Below are positions 13,527-27,029 of a stretch of DNA of 64,000 nucleotides, one piece after another. The stretch's first letter is position 1; the number at the start of each line of letters is the position of its first letter. The position numbers were made by a program, and so were the translations under genes. Origin of the DNA: the human T2T-CHM13v2.0 reference genome, Homo sapiens. A model generated the notes under the pieces. That model ran no database searches and had not been told where the DNA came from. It worked only from the letters and a program-made list of their open reading frames with translations. The stretch is taken from NCBI RefSeq assembly GCF_009914755.1, contig NC_060931.1, one strand, 5' to 3'.

Positions 13527-13845
13527 AAAGTTACAAAGTTACTTTTGCTAAAGCAAAAGTTACAAAGCTGTAACTATTTGACCTCAAAATATACTAGAGC
13601 TATAGTAACCAAAACAGCATGGTTCTGACATAAAAACAGACACATAGACCAATGGGACACAATAGAGAACCCAGAAATAAATCCACACACTTAGAGCCAA
13701 CTGATTTTTTACAAAAGTGCCAAGAAAATACATTGCAGAAAGGACAATCTCTTCAATACATGGTGCTGGAAAAACTGGATATGCATATGCAGAACAATGA
13801 AACTTGATCTGTATCTCTCTCCATATACAAAAATCAAATCGAAAA

Positions 13846-13892
13846 ATATATATACATATATACACATATATACATACACACACACACACACA
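13846..13892. repeat. (TA)n/(CA)n microsatellite
   Basis: Direct reading. Confidence 0.9.
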
Positions 13893-14454
13893 ATAAAAAA
13901 GTATTCAGACATAAAAAAGAGTGAAATCCTGTTATTTGCAGCAACATGGATGGAACGAGATGTCGTTATGTTAAATGAAATAAGCCAGGCATGGAAAGAC
14001 AAATATCACACGTTCTCACTCATATGTGGGAGCTAAAAAGTTGATCTTCTAAAGGTTGAAAGCAAACTTTTCTGAGAGTCTAAAATTAGTTAGAAATAGA
14101 AAGTTACCAGATTCTGATTGTTACCAGAGGCTGGGAACGATGGGTTCAGGGGAAGGAGAGGAAAAAGGAAAGGTTGGTTAAAGGGTATAAAAATACAGTT
14201 ATATATATAAAGAATAAATTATACTGTTCAATAGAATGATCATAGTTAGCAGCAATTTTTTGTCTATTACAAAATAGCTAGAAGAAAAGATTTGGAATGT
14301 TCCCAATACAAAGAAATGATAAATGTTTGAGGTGATGGATATCCTAATTACCCTGATTTGCTCATTATACATTGTATGTATGTATCAAATTATCATATAT
14401 ACCACATAAATATGTGCAATTATTATATATCAATGAAAAATTGATAAAACAACA

Positions 14455-15004
14455 ATGAGACAAGAAAAAGAAATAAAAGGTGTCTAAATCAGAAATAAAG
14501 AAATAAAATTATCTCTGTTTGCAAATAACATGATTCTAAATGTGGACTACCCCGAAGACTCCAGCAGAAAACTGTTACATCTAATAAATAAATTCAATAA
14601 AGTTACAGGATGCAAAATTAATGTACAAAAGTCCATGACATTCCTAGATACAAATAACAGCCTAGCTGAAAAGAAATCAAGAAAATAATCTCATTTACAA
14701 TAGCATCAAAATAAAATAAAATAAAATGCTTAGGGATAAATATAACCAAGGAAGTGAAAGATGTATACACTGAAAACTATGAAACACTGATGAAAGAAAT
14801 TGAAGGGGACACAAATAAATGGAAAGATACCAATCTTGTGGATTGCAAGAATATTGTTAAAATGAACATACGGCTTAGAGCAATATGTAAAATTCAGTGC
14901 AATCCCTATCAAAATCCCAATGGCATTCTTCATAGAAACAGAAAAAATAATTCTAAAATTTATGTGGAACCATAATAGACCCCAAATAGCCAAAGCAATT
15001 CTGA
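14455..15004 (+). mobile_element. L1 ORF2 fragment (L1MA/PB age)
   Basis: ORF 14754-14975 [24 protein letters not shown] is L1 ORF2 text. Confidence 0.85.
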
Positions 15005-15234
15005 AGTTTTTATAATTTCACTAATATTTTTAAAAATCAACTTTAGGCTTTGTCAATTTCCACTTTTGAATATTTATCTCATTGATTTTGGCTTTTACTT
15101 TTGTTGTTTTCTTCATCCTAATTTATTGTAAACTTTCTCTTTGCTTTTCAGCAGTTTTACTTTGATGTGTCTAGGTGTGGTTTTCTATACAATTATTTTG
15201 GTTGAGATATGCACAACTTCTTGACTCTCAAACT

Positions 15235-15767
15235 TTAATTGTGTCAACTTGCCTGGATTAACGAAAACCCAGAAACCTGGTAAAGTGTTGTTTTGGGTGC
15301 GTCTGTGAGGGTGTGTCCAGAGGAGATTAGTCTATAAGTCTGATTGACTAGGAGGGGAAGATTGGCCTTACTGTTGGAGGCCCCATTTGATTGGCTGGGA
15401 GTCCAGAGAGAGCAAATGCAGAAAGCAAAATGGGTCTTTTTCTGTGAGCTGGGACCAACTTTTCCTCTGCTGCCTTATACATCAGAACTCCAGGATAGCT
15501 GGCTTTTGGACTCAAGAACTTACATCAGCAGTCCCTGCAGGTCTCGAGGCTGTTAGCCTCAGGCTGAGAGTTACACCATCCGCTTCCCTGGTTTTGAGGC
15601 CGTCAGATTTGGACACAGCCACCCTACCAGCGGGATCCCACAGGTCTCCAGCTTTTGGAGAGTGGCCTGTCGTGGCACTTCTCCGCCACCATAATTGCAT
15701 CATATGTTTATGTAGATAAATAGATATCCTATTAGTTCTGTCTCTCTGGAGAACAGTGACTAATACA
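15235..15767 (+). mobile_element. MLT2B (ERVL) LTR, probably Ricksha cargo
   Basis: gtgtcaacttg...gtctgtgagggtgt...cctattagttctgtctctctggagaac...gactaataca. Confidence 0.85.
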
Positions 15768-17392
15768 AATTTGGTGTTAGAAAAAGTAAATATAATTCCT
15801 TCTTACTTTATTTCTTCCAACACAGTGGAAGAGATCTGTGAAATTTTCCCTTGCAAAAAGGCTCTTATAAATTAAGCATATGTAGCTCTTTAATGGGGAA
15901 GGACAAAACTGTTAAAGCTAATTATTATTGGTACTGCAAAAGCAGAAATTGCTTAATTGTAACAGCTGAGCCATAATCAAACTTTCAAATGGACAGCATA
16001 TATTTAGAAAATGTGTAGACCACATAAACTCTCCAAATACAAGTGCAGTGAGTGTTTTGAAGATCACAAAAGAAGTGAAAACTCAGGCGAAAAAGACAAA
16101 AAAAACCTCTCATTCCAAGTTACTCAACTGTGTAGGACTTCTGCCCCTTCACACATAGGGTCAATTCACTATACTATGCATTTCGTCTTCACATCATTTC
16201 CAATATTAGAGGTATACATTATGTTAAGACCTTTAGAGAGTTCTCATTTGTTTTATGTGTTTTTTGCAAATTTGGCTCCATAAAAGTGCACGATCACAAT
16301 GTTGATTTTGTGCATAAGAGCTGCGTGCACTCATAAGAACGTTGAAACTTCCTCAACAAATGAAGAGATGTCCTTTTGTACATCTGTATTTGCGAAAGAT
16401 AAAATTTCTTGAGATCTTCCAACCTCGGGCAACTGCACATGCAGGGGTGACCCATCATAGTTTTTTATCTATCTCATCAAAAGACTTACGTCATGGTATT
16501 TCAAATGACTGCATTATAAACTCAATGCACACAATTACCAACCATAATGATATGCATCTATATAGGCATACCTTGGAGATATCATGGATACAGTCTCAGG
16601 CCACCAAAATAAAACAAGTTACACAAACTTTTTGGTTCCCCAGTGCATATAAAATTTATGTTTACACTATATTGTAGTCTAAGTGTGAAATAGCATTGTC
16701 TTTAAAAAGTGTACATACCTGAATTTAAAATTTCTTAATTGTTTAAAAATGCCAATGATCATCTGAGCCTTCTGCAAGTTGTAATCTTTGCTGGTGGAGG
16801 GTCTTGCTTTGATGCGGATGGTTGCTGACTGATCAGAGTGTTGGTTGCTGAAGGTTGGAATTACTGCGGCAATTTCTAAAAATAAGACAACAATGAAGTT
16901 GGCTGCAGCAATTGACTGTTCCTTTCATGGCAGATTTCTCTGTAGCATATTATACTTTTTGATACCATTTGATCCACAGTAGGACTTCTTTCCAAATTGG
17001 AGTCAATCTTCTCAAACCTTGCTTTATCAACTAAGTTTATGTAATATTTTAAATCCTTTGGTGTCACTTCAACAATGTCCACAGAATTTGCACCAGGAGT
17101 AAATTCCATCTCAAAAAATCACTTTCTTTTCTCACTTATAAGAAGTATCTCCTCATCCCTTCAAATTTTATCTAAGATTACAGCAATTTAGTCACATCTT
17201 TAGGTGCCACTTCTAATTTTAGTTCTCTTGCTATTTCTATAACATCTGCAGTGACTTCCCTCACTGAAGTCTTGAATCACTCAAAGTCATCCATGAAGAT
17301 TGGAATCAACTTCCAAACTTCTATCATTATTGATATTCTGGCCTCCTCTTTTGACTCATAAATGTTCTTAATGGCACCAACAATGATGAATC

Positions 17393-17791
<399 letters not shown>

Positions 17792-17898
17792 TAAGTAAGA
17801 CTTAAGTCAAAATGACTCCTTGATCCATGGGAGGCAGAAAGGATGTTGTTTTAACAGGCATGAAAATATTAACCTCCTTGTAGATCTCCATCAGAACT

Positions 17899-18231
17899 CT
17901 AGGATGATAGCTCTTGGGTGAGTAGTAATATTTTGAAAGGAATATTTTGATCAGAGCAATAGGTCTCTACAGTGGGCTTAAAATATTCAGTAAACCATGC
18001 TGAAAACAGATGTGCTATCATCCAGGTGTGGTTCCATTTATAGAGCACAGGCAGAGTAGATTTAGCATAATTCTTAAGGGCTCTAGCATTTTCAGAATCA
18101 TAAATGACCACTGGCTTCCATTTAAATTCACCAGCTGCATTAGCCCCTAACAAGAGAGTCAGACTGTCCTTTGAAGCTTTGAAGTCAGGCACTGATTTCT
18201 CCTCTCTAGCTATGGAAGTCTTAGATGGCAT
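17899..18231 (-). pseudogene. Tigger1 transposase (pogo DDE domain) relic
   Basis: [28 protein letters not shown]...[14 protein letters not shown]; disrupted on both sides. Confidence 0.85.
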
Positions 18232-19616
18232 CTTTTTCCAACAGAAGGCTGTTTCATCTACAGTGAAAGTCTGTTGTTTAGTGTAGTCACCTCCATCAAT
18301 TATCTTAGCTAGAGCTTCTGGATAACTTGCTCCAGCTTCTCCATCAACGCTTGCTGTTTCACCTTGTGTTTTATGTTATAGAGACCACTTCCTTATTTAA
18401 ACCTCATGGAACAACATCTACTAGCTTCAAATGTTTCTTCTGCAGCTTCCTTACCTCTCTCAGCCTTCATAGATTCAAAAAGAGTTAGGGCCTTGCTCTG
18501 GATTAGACTTTGGCTTCAAGGAATGTTGTAGATGGTTTGATCTTCTATCCAAACCACTCAAACTTTCTCCATGTTAGCAATAAGCCTATTTTACTTTCTT
18601 ATTATTCATGTGTTCACTAAAGTAGCATTTTTAATTTTCTTCAAGAACTATTCCTCTACAGTCACAACTTAGCTAAGTGTTTGGCCCAGGAGGCCTAGCT
18701 TTCAGCCTGTCTCAGCTTTTGGCATGCCACCTTCCTCATCAAGCTTAATAATTTCAAGCTTCTGATCAAAAGTGAGAGATGTGCAATTCTTCCATTCACT
18801 TGAACACTTAGAGGCCATTGTAGGGGTATAGATCAGCCCTAATTTTAATATTGTTATATCCTAGTAAATAGGGAGGCCTGACGAGAGGGAGAGAGTTGCA
18901 GGAACAGCTGGTTGGTGGAGCAATCAGAACACACACAACATTTATAGACTATGTTCACCATCTTATATGGGTGCGGTTCGTGATGCCGCACAACAATTAC
19001 AATAACATCAAAGATCACAGATTACCATAAGAGATATCATAGGAGTAAAAAGTTTGAAGTATTGTAAGAATTACCAAATTGTGACACAAACACATGAAAT
19101 GAGCACATGCTGTTGGAAAAATGGTGCTGGCAGATTTGCTAGATGAAGGTTTGCTGCAATCCTTCAATTTGTAAAAAACACAAATATCTGTGAAACACAA
19201 TAAAGTGAAGTGCAATAAAATGAGCTATGCCTGTACATTTTGCTTGTTGACTTATTTCTTTACAAATATGGTTTACCTGCTCATCATTTTTACACCTGTG
19301 TGACTGCCATTAGTATACCTGTTTATATTTGCAAAAATATGTATGTTATTATTATCTATTTTATTATGTAAAGTGGCCTATGAAGTATTCTGTTGTTTTT
19401 GGTTTCTTAAACAAATCCCCTTTTATAAATGCAAATAAATGTGTTATGAAAAATTTTTTTATAATTATTTTTTCCAGAATTATATTTTCAAGGTTTTGGT
19501 CTTTTGGGATTCTGATTTTTGAAATTTTAGACTTTAGGAATTTTGATCTTTTGGGATTTCAGCATATGGGATTTTGGCATTCAGTGTTGAGTCCTTTGAA
19601 ATTATTGCCCAAACCC

Positions 19617-20706
19617 CAAAAGAAAATACCCAAATGGCCAATAAGCATACAAAAAGGTGCTCAACATCATTAGCCATCAGCAAAATACAAATTCAAGCTC
19701 CAAGAAGATGCTACACACCTACTAAGGTATTGTTTTAAATAGGATGATAATAACTCATGTTGGCAAGGAGGTAGAGTTCTCATATTCTGTGAATGGAGTA
19801 CAAATTGGTACAACCACTTTGGAAAAATTTTTTGGCAATATCCACTAAAGCTTACACACATACACCTGATGACCCAGAAATTCCACTCCTACATTTGCAC
19901 CCAACAGAAATGTCTACATATGTTCACCAAGAGACATGTACATGACAGATTAGAACAGTCCGATCCCAAAGGCAGAAACAAACCTAAATGCATATCAACA
20001 ATAGAATGGATAGATATATTGGCTTGTATAGTCACACAATGGAATGCTATAGAATTATCAAAAAAGAATGAACTACGACCTCACATAACAACATGAATGA
20101 CTCTCACAGATGTGGTGCTGAATGAAGGAATCAGATGCAAAAGCCCATAACTATATGATTAAGAAAATTCTGAATCAGGCAAGATTAATCACGATGGTAG
20201 AAGTCAGAATCATGGTTACCTTTAAGAGAAAATGCCTAGAAAAGAAACATGATCAAGGCCGGGCGCAGTGGCTCACGCCTGTAATCCCAGCACTTTGGGA
20301 GGCCCAGGCAGGCAGATCACGAGGTCAGGAGATCAAGACCATCCTGGCTAACACGGTGAAACCCCATCTCTACTAAAAATACAAAAAATTAGCCAGGCAT
20401 GGTGGCACATGCCTGTAGTCCCAGCTACTCAGGAGTCTGAGGCAGGAGAATCGCTTGAACCCAGGAGATGGAGGTTGCAGTGAACTCAGATTACAACACT
20501 GCACTCCAGCCTGGGCGACAGAGTGAGACTCCATCTTAAAAAAAAAAAAAAAAGAAAGAAACATGATCAAGCCCCCTTAGGAGATAAGAATGGTCTGTAT
20601 CTTGATCTGAGTGGTGGTGACATAGATGCATCCACTTTGTTAAAAGTCCATTGAGTTTATTAAGATTTGTGCACTGCACAATATGCATATTATACTTCAA
20701 TAAACG
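19617..20706 (+). mobile_element. L1ME-type ORF2 end and 3' UTR
   Basis: caaatggccaataagcat...tgctcaacatcattag; ends tattatacttcaataaa. Confidence 0.8.
20257..20554 (+). mobile_element. AluSc8/Y-like
   Basis: ctggctaacacggtg with S-type right arm; 16-bp TSD aaagaaacatgatcaa at 20241-20256 and 20555-20570. Confidence 0.95.
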
Positions 20707-22399
20707 TTTTTTGAAAAGAAAGAAAGATGGCCTGGGACCAGATTTACCTTATTAATACTCTAAAGGTGTCTGTTCATTAGTTAAGCATAATCTATTCTAA
20801 TTAATGCTCTATTGCATATGAATGCTGCCTAAATGGGGTGAATGCTAAGGGATACTGAATGAGATTATATCAGAGTAAAGCTGGGTAATTTCTCTTACAG
20901 AATATGATTGGGTTTGGGAATAGGTCATGCGATTTACCTAGGAGACATTTACTTTTAGTACATCTCTTCATTTCCATTTCTTGTTATTTTAAGAAGAGTT
21001 TACAAATGGAAAATCTGGGTTGGTCTTTTCACTTCATCTGTTTCTGAAAACCCCTCCTTTTAGGATGTGGCCCCTCGTCCATGCTGGATAACATCAAGGG
21101 CACCTGGCAAAGCAGACTTTTCTCCCCATGAGTCTGTAGAAGTGGCGGCTGCCGTATTGCTCCATGAAATTAGGGAAAATTCTAATAATCATCATAAAAT
21201 AAAAACAGCAATAAATGTAAATAAGGGAATTAATATTTCACAGTACATTCGAGATTGAATCCATGAATTTTCACCATGCTTTTAAGGTGGGTGACCAGTA
21301 TCATGTCTGATACTTTCATATGGAGGAAAAGGGGCAGAAAAAGAACAAAGCACTTTCTATCAGCAACTCTATTCCTCCCCAGTGAGCACCTTCCAGCTTT
21401 CTTTGTGCAAGCCCTTCTCACTAGTCCACACTCTCATAACTGAGCCTTTGTTCTGGATTTTCTTTTACCAGAAACAATCTCCCTCTTTCTGATTATTTCA
21501 CTGTAACTCCTGGCCACCTCTCTGATTTCCCCAGCCTACCATGCCCCAGAAGTCATCGTTGAAAGCCCACTTTCTTTGAAAGCTCCACAATCCTGACACA
21601 TTTATCCACCATGACACTTTTTTTAAAAATATTGGGTTGCAAATTGACTTATCTCCCAAGAATCTTCACATTATGACACTCAGAGCTTGTCTTCCCAACT
21701 CTTCTCCCTGTGGTAAGAAGAGAGTATATAGTATACTCTATATGGGAGGAAAACTCTTTGGAGTGCGCCTTCGAAGCCACATTCAGTTGAACAAACCAGT
21801 CATTTATACTTGCTCTTACTTAAACTATGGTATGTGTGATAATGACTGAGTGTCATATTTAGATCTAAGGTTTTGAGAGCGACAAGAAACATTCAGACTA
21901 CAGAGGATAGGGATTGAAGTTTTGCCACTCTTTGTCTCCCTATTCACCAGTATAACTTCCTGCTGAGCTCCAGTTCAGAGCTTCCCAACAGGTGGGGCTT
22001 AATCCCCAGCCAATTCTGAAGATTTAGCTCAGGGCCAGCTGCTGCCCCCAATCCCCTCTCTGACAGCTCTTGGGATCCCAGGCCAGGGGGAGGTGGAGAG
22101 TAACCAGAAAGACAGCAATTGCCATGCTCTCATCAGGGCCTTGCCCTGCTAGCAAGCTAGCTCTTTCCCCACCACCTTCCTCAGTGATGCCCCAGTGAAG
22201 CCTTCTCTGGCTTCTCTTTGGCATTTTGTCCTTTAAAGTCATTCTGCTAGTTGATCAGAGCACTGATCCACATTCCCCATGAAAGCAAATAGCAGAGAGC
22301 AGAGAAACTGAATTAGGGCTGCTCTCAACTCTGTAGAGAATGGAATTTTTAAAACATCTAGTAAGTTAAATAGTTATAAGTTTTCTTTTGTCGAACAAA

Positions 22400-23990
22400 A
22401 AACTTGAAATTTCCTTTTGTGTATGTGTACATGTCATTTTCTAAGTTAAAATTGTATTCCCATGGTAAAATATCCAAGCAAATATGAGTATGCCGAGAAA
22501 AATAAAAAACACCCTTTATCCGCTACCCTTCCCTCCACCCTGACCCCATTTCCACCTCTTCCCCAAAGCAACGACTCCCAATATTTTGGTGTTCACCCTT
22601 CCAATTCTCTCTTTCTCTCAAAATATACACTGATAAATACTCAAATCCATTTCTCTTCTTATTCTATTTATATTAATGGAATCATACTATACACCTATAC
22701 ACTGTGACTCTTTTTTCACTTAACAATATTTTGTAAATCCTACATTGGTCTACTTCATTCTTATTAATGACTATATACTAGTATATAGCCTGAATGAACC
22801 ATAATCACTTCCTATTTTACATTAAGTGTGTTTTCATATGCTACAGGCTACATTGTGTCCCCTCCCTCACAATTCACATGTTGAGTCCTAACCCCTCCAA
22901 ACCTCAGAATGTGGCCTTATTTGGATACGTAGTCTTTAAAGAGGTAATCAAGGTTAAATAAGTCATTGGGGTGAACCCTAATCCATATGACCAATATCTT
23001 TGTAAGTAGAGGAGACTCAGACACAGAAACACACAGAGGAAAGTCCATGTGAAGACAGAGACAGATGTCAGCCATCTACAAGCCAAGGAGAGAGACCTCA
23101 GAATGAAACCAACTCTGCCAACACCTTATTCTTGGACTTCTAGCCTCCAGAACTGTGAGGAAATAAAGTTCTGGGGCTTACGCCACCCAATCTGTCATCA
23201 CAGAAGCCCTAGCAAACTAGTACCCCAGTGTTTTACACTTACATAGACCACTTTGGTGAACAGCTTTGCACAGCCTTGCACATACATCTTTGTGCACACG
23301 TGTGAATATTTCACTAGGCAATGTTACTAGAAGAGGAATCTCAAAACATACCATTAACTTTTAATTTGGACAGAGATCATAAAACTACCTTTCAAAAAGG
23401 CCTCATTAGTATTATTTTGTTCATATTTAACAATGCTAGACACATAAGTCCTTTCCATCTTTACCAATGATAGGTAATACGCGGTATTTCATTATTTTAC
23501 CTGATGACTAATGAAATGAGGCTCAGAATTCTTCAGTTGATTGACCATTATTGTATTTCTAGTGTGAATGAACTATTTGTTTCCTGTGTATATTATTCTG
23601 ACGGTTTCTTGATAATTTGTTATTAATAGGCACACTTTATAGATTTGAAAATTAATCATTTGTCTATTACATAACTATTTCCTTCCAGTTTGTTACATGA
23701 TTTTTAAATTTTATTTATGGTATCACACAGAGGCTTTTTGTTTTGTTGAGTTTTGTATCTTGCTTATTAAGGTCTTCTCTTCCTCAGGTTATGGTTTAAG
23801 AAAAAAATGCCTGTATTTTTTTCTGATAGTTCTTTGGGTTTATTTTCAATGTTTAACATTTTAAGCCATCTGGAATCTACTTACATACATGGTATCAAGT
23901 GGGAGTCTAGCTTTATTGTCTTCTGAATAGTGAGTCAATTTATCCCAATAAATCCCAAACCATTTGTTGAATAGACATACTTTTCTATTT
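22400..23990 (-). mobile_element. Old L1ME fragments split by MLT1B
   Basis: Antisense L1 3' UTR/ORF2-like text, e.g. aatggaatcatactata and catttgttgaatagac. Confidence 0.55.
22839..23224 (+). mobile_element. MLT1B MaLR solo LTR
   Basis: gccatctacaagccaaggagagag...ctccagaactgtgag...gccctagcaaactagtac. Confidence 0.88.
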
Positions 23991-26900
23991 ATTTTAAATA
24001 CTTGTTTTTTATTTTTATTTTGTTGTGTAGAGCTGGAATTTGCTCCTAGTAGAGTTATATCTTTATTTCAATTAAGCTTTTAAAAAAAATTTAAACACCA
24101 ATAGAAGGTGTTTAAATAGAAGGAAGAGAGATTTGGGATGACATCAAAGTCTCTTTTCAATCATACTTCATTTTTTTCAATTTTATCCTCAATAAATAAC
24201 TACATTTTAGAAAGGCATCCAATGTATTACGAAAAATGTATTTTATAAATGCAGTGTTTTATGCAAGCTGGAAGTTAGACAATAGCGTCGCAAATAGTGA
24301 AGACTCACGCCTCCAATATTTTTTAAGCTACAGAATAGAACACATTCCTTCATAGTCTCCCTGCACAATCTTCATCACACCCCACTTTACCCATTGTCTT
24401 TTGGCTTCTTTAAAAGGCACATCAAAAGTCCTGCATTTACTCTAAGATTGCCTTTTATCACACAAAAGTGGGAAAGCCCAAAGAGAAAACTAAGCTAAGT
24501 AACCCTTCGGCAGGCATCATTGAGTATCTAGTGGCGACGCTAAGAGCTCCCACTTACCGTAAGCCTCCCTGTTCCCACTGCTCAGTGTGTGAGGGAACTA
24601 ACAATAAGTAAGACACAAAGGCCTTACAGGCCGTTTGTGTATCAATCTACTAATGTAGGTTTGTTATTTTTTTATCAGATTCTGTTCAATGTGTTGGCAA
24701 TGCCTGTGTAAAGCCAGACAGCACTTAATTGCAAATAATTCTGGAGCTTCTTGGCAATGTAGGACTAGTCAAAATGAGAGAAAAACAAGCATACTTATAT
24801 GATGAATAATACTAAGACCCAGGGAGCATTTAGAAGATGGAAAAAAAGAGTGGGTTAATTTTGAACCATTTTCAATTTCCATACCAGTCATTACCCACAT
24901 TAGTGGATTTATTATGTTCTTTTTCTTTCCCTAATAAGAGCCTTGTAAAATTCAGCACATCATCAGGCAACCTAATAATTACCGTATTTAGGGGCAAATG
25001 TTAGATCCCAGACAGAGACCGTTTATTATGTTCCATTCCCTAAAGTTTGACTGAATGGCCATTTTTCTGCTTCCTCATTAATAATCATAATAAGTAAACT
25101 GCAAGAAAGAAGAGGAAAGAACTCAGCAAATCAAAACTTAGAAAACTAGAAAGGTCAGAGCCATAAAGCATTCTGCCATTACTCACCGACTGTGTGAGAT
25201 ATTAGAATTATGATTCTTAATTTTCATGACCAAAATTCTAAAGGGAAAGAAAATGGCACCAAATGAATCCATTCAATTAATGTGGAAGCCCAGATGGAAA
25301 AAAAATAAGCAAAATAAATAATTCCCTGAATCTGCCTTTTATCTACTCAAACCCCAATTGTAGGCCTCCCCTGAGCCTAAGGATCACAAAACAAAAGCTT
25401 AATGTGACCAGTAATTTAAGTGTTTGCTAACCTTTTGTCCTTTAAGCTCTGTAGAACAACCAGAAAAACATTACGTGATAAAGTTACATTGGTTAATGCA
25501 CACTGAGTAATAGTATCAATCTTCCAATATTCCTGATCCAAGATTTGAGATACAGAAACAACTCCACCCCAAAGATTTTTTTAGAAAGCTCTTTTGTTTC
25601 TTTGGATTGCTCTCAAAGATTTTCTTGCTGATTTTCCAAAAGCACATTATTCATTTACTAAGCTTACCAGTTGCTTCATCACAAAAAATGTTACAGACAC
25701 CTAAACTCTAGCACAATATGATTCTATGTCAAGGAAGTATTTTTGAGTACCAAATAATTTTTTGGTTCCCCATTGTTTGGCTTTCAATTTGAAAATATCT
25801 TCTGCACAGAGGATCATAAAAGCTTGCTCCGGAAGATTTGTTTTGTTTTGTTTTGTTTTGTTTTTTCCTGCCTTTCTATTTTCTTAGCCAAAAGTGAAAC
25901 CGATAGCTTTGTTCCCACTATGGTCTTCTTTCTTCCTGCTAAAATCTGGGCATTTTAAGGAGGTGTTTAAAGACACCTTCTTCAAGTATTCCCTGAGGCT
26001 AAAGCAACAAGCACTCACTCTCTGTTTTTGAAAACTTGTAACAGTTGGAACCTTTTGAACAACCACTTAGTGCCAACGCTGCCCTTGATCTTCTCTTTAC
26101 AGTACACGGGGTTTACACTTTGTGAGCCAGATGCAATCCCCGTGGACCTCTGTTGGGGAACACAGGAAGAATTTTCCCCTCATGTCTGCAGGGAGCATTT
26201 TCCAGCCAGAATGCATAAACCATTGAGAATATCTCCCATGGAGTCCGCTGAGAGGAAGATAATCCATTACCCTCCAGGCATTTGGCCGGCTTAGGAAGGA
26301 CTGGGCAGCCCCGCCTCCAAAGATACTAATGGGAATTATATTTGAAAATCTCCCAAAAGCCAGATCCTGAAATACAGTTCTCTCTCCCCACGGGTTTTGC
26401 ATTTCTCAGAAAGCAACATAAGGAGAGATAGAGAACCGGAATGTAAATCATGACGTTTAAGAAAATATATAAATCAAACGAATGGATAAATATTTTCTAT
26501 TTACATAGCCTCTCTGAAGAGTCGCATTAGCTAGATCAAGACAAACCCCCACGTCCCAGTTTCATAAACCCGCACCACATTGGCCAGATAAAAATCAGCC
26601 TCTCCAAGTGACTCCCAACTTTAACACTTCAAAGTGAAGCACAGAATTATTTTTATTATCATCACAGTATTTGACAGCAACGCAGAGAGAACCAATGAAA
26701 ACCAGGACCCGAGTTCATGCCTTCATAGAACCAGAAAGCTGTGTGCCGTGCTGAGCACACGCACTTCATTAAGGAAAGATGGGAGAGAGGCCTTCCTAAG
26801 CGCTGATGTTAAAAATTGAAATCCATTCTGTAAAAGACAGACCTTGTGTATTTTTTAAAGCCCAGAGCCATAATAGCTAAAGGGTAGTAAAAACCGTATA

Positions 26901-27029
26901 TAAGAACATTATGGTGGTTAGATTGTTCCTAAGAACTCTTGATCCAGGATTTGGTATATATGTATATAAACGCACAACTCAAAGCTAGCGGAACTTTTCA
27001 GATTGTAGGGGGTGGGTAGTGGAGAAACA

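Larger units (their letters stand above)
12614..14445 (+). mobile_element. Internally deleted L1MA: 5' UTR, late ORF2 and 3' UTR
   Basis: YY1 site caagatggcc at 12626-12635; jump to late ORF2 at ~13230; jump to 3' end at ~13845-13892; L1MA4-like terminus. Confidence 0.7.

Noticed and set aside
24515-24540. CTCF-like gagtatctagtggcg
   Set aside because: Lacks the GCC/GGC half of the core; too weak to call
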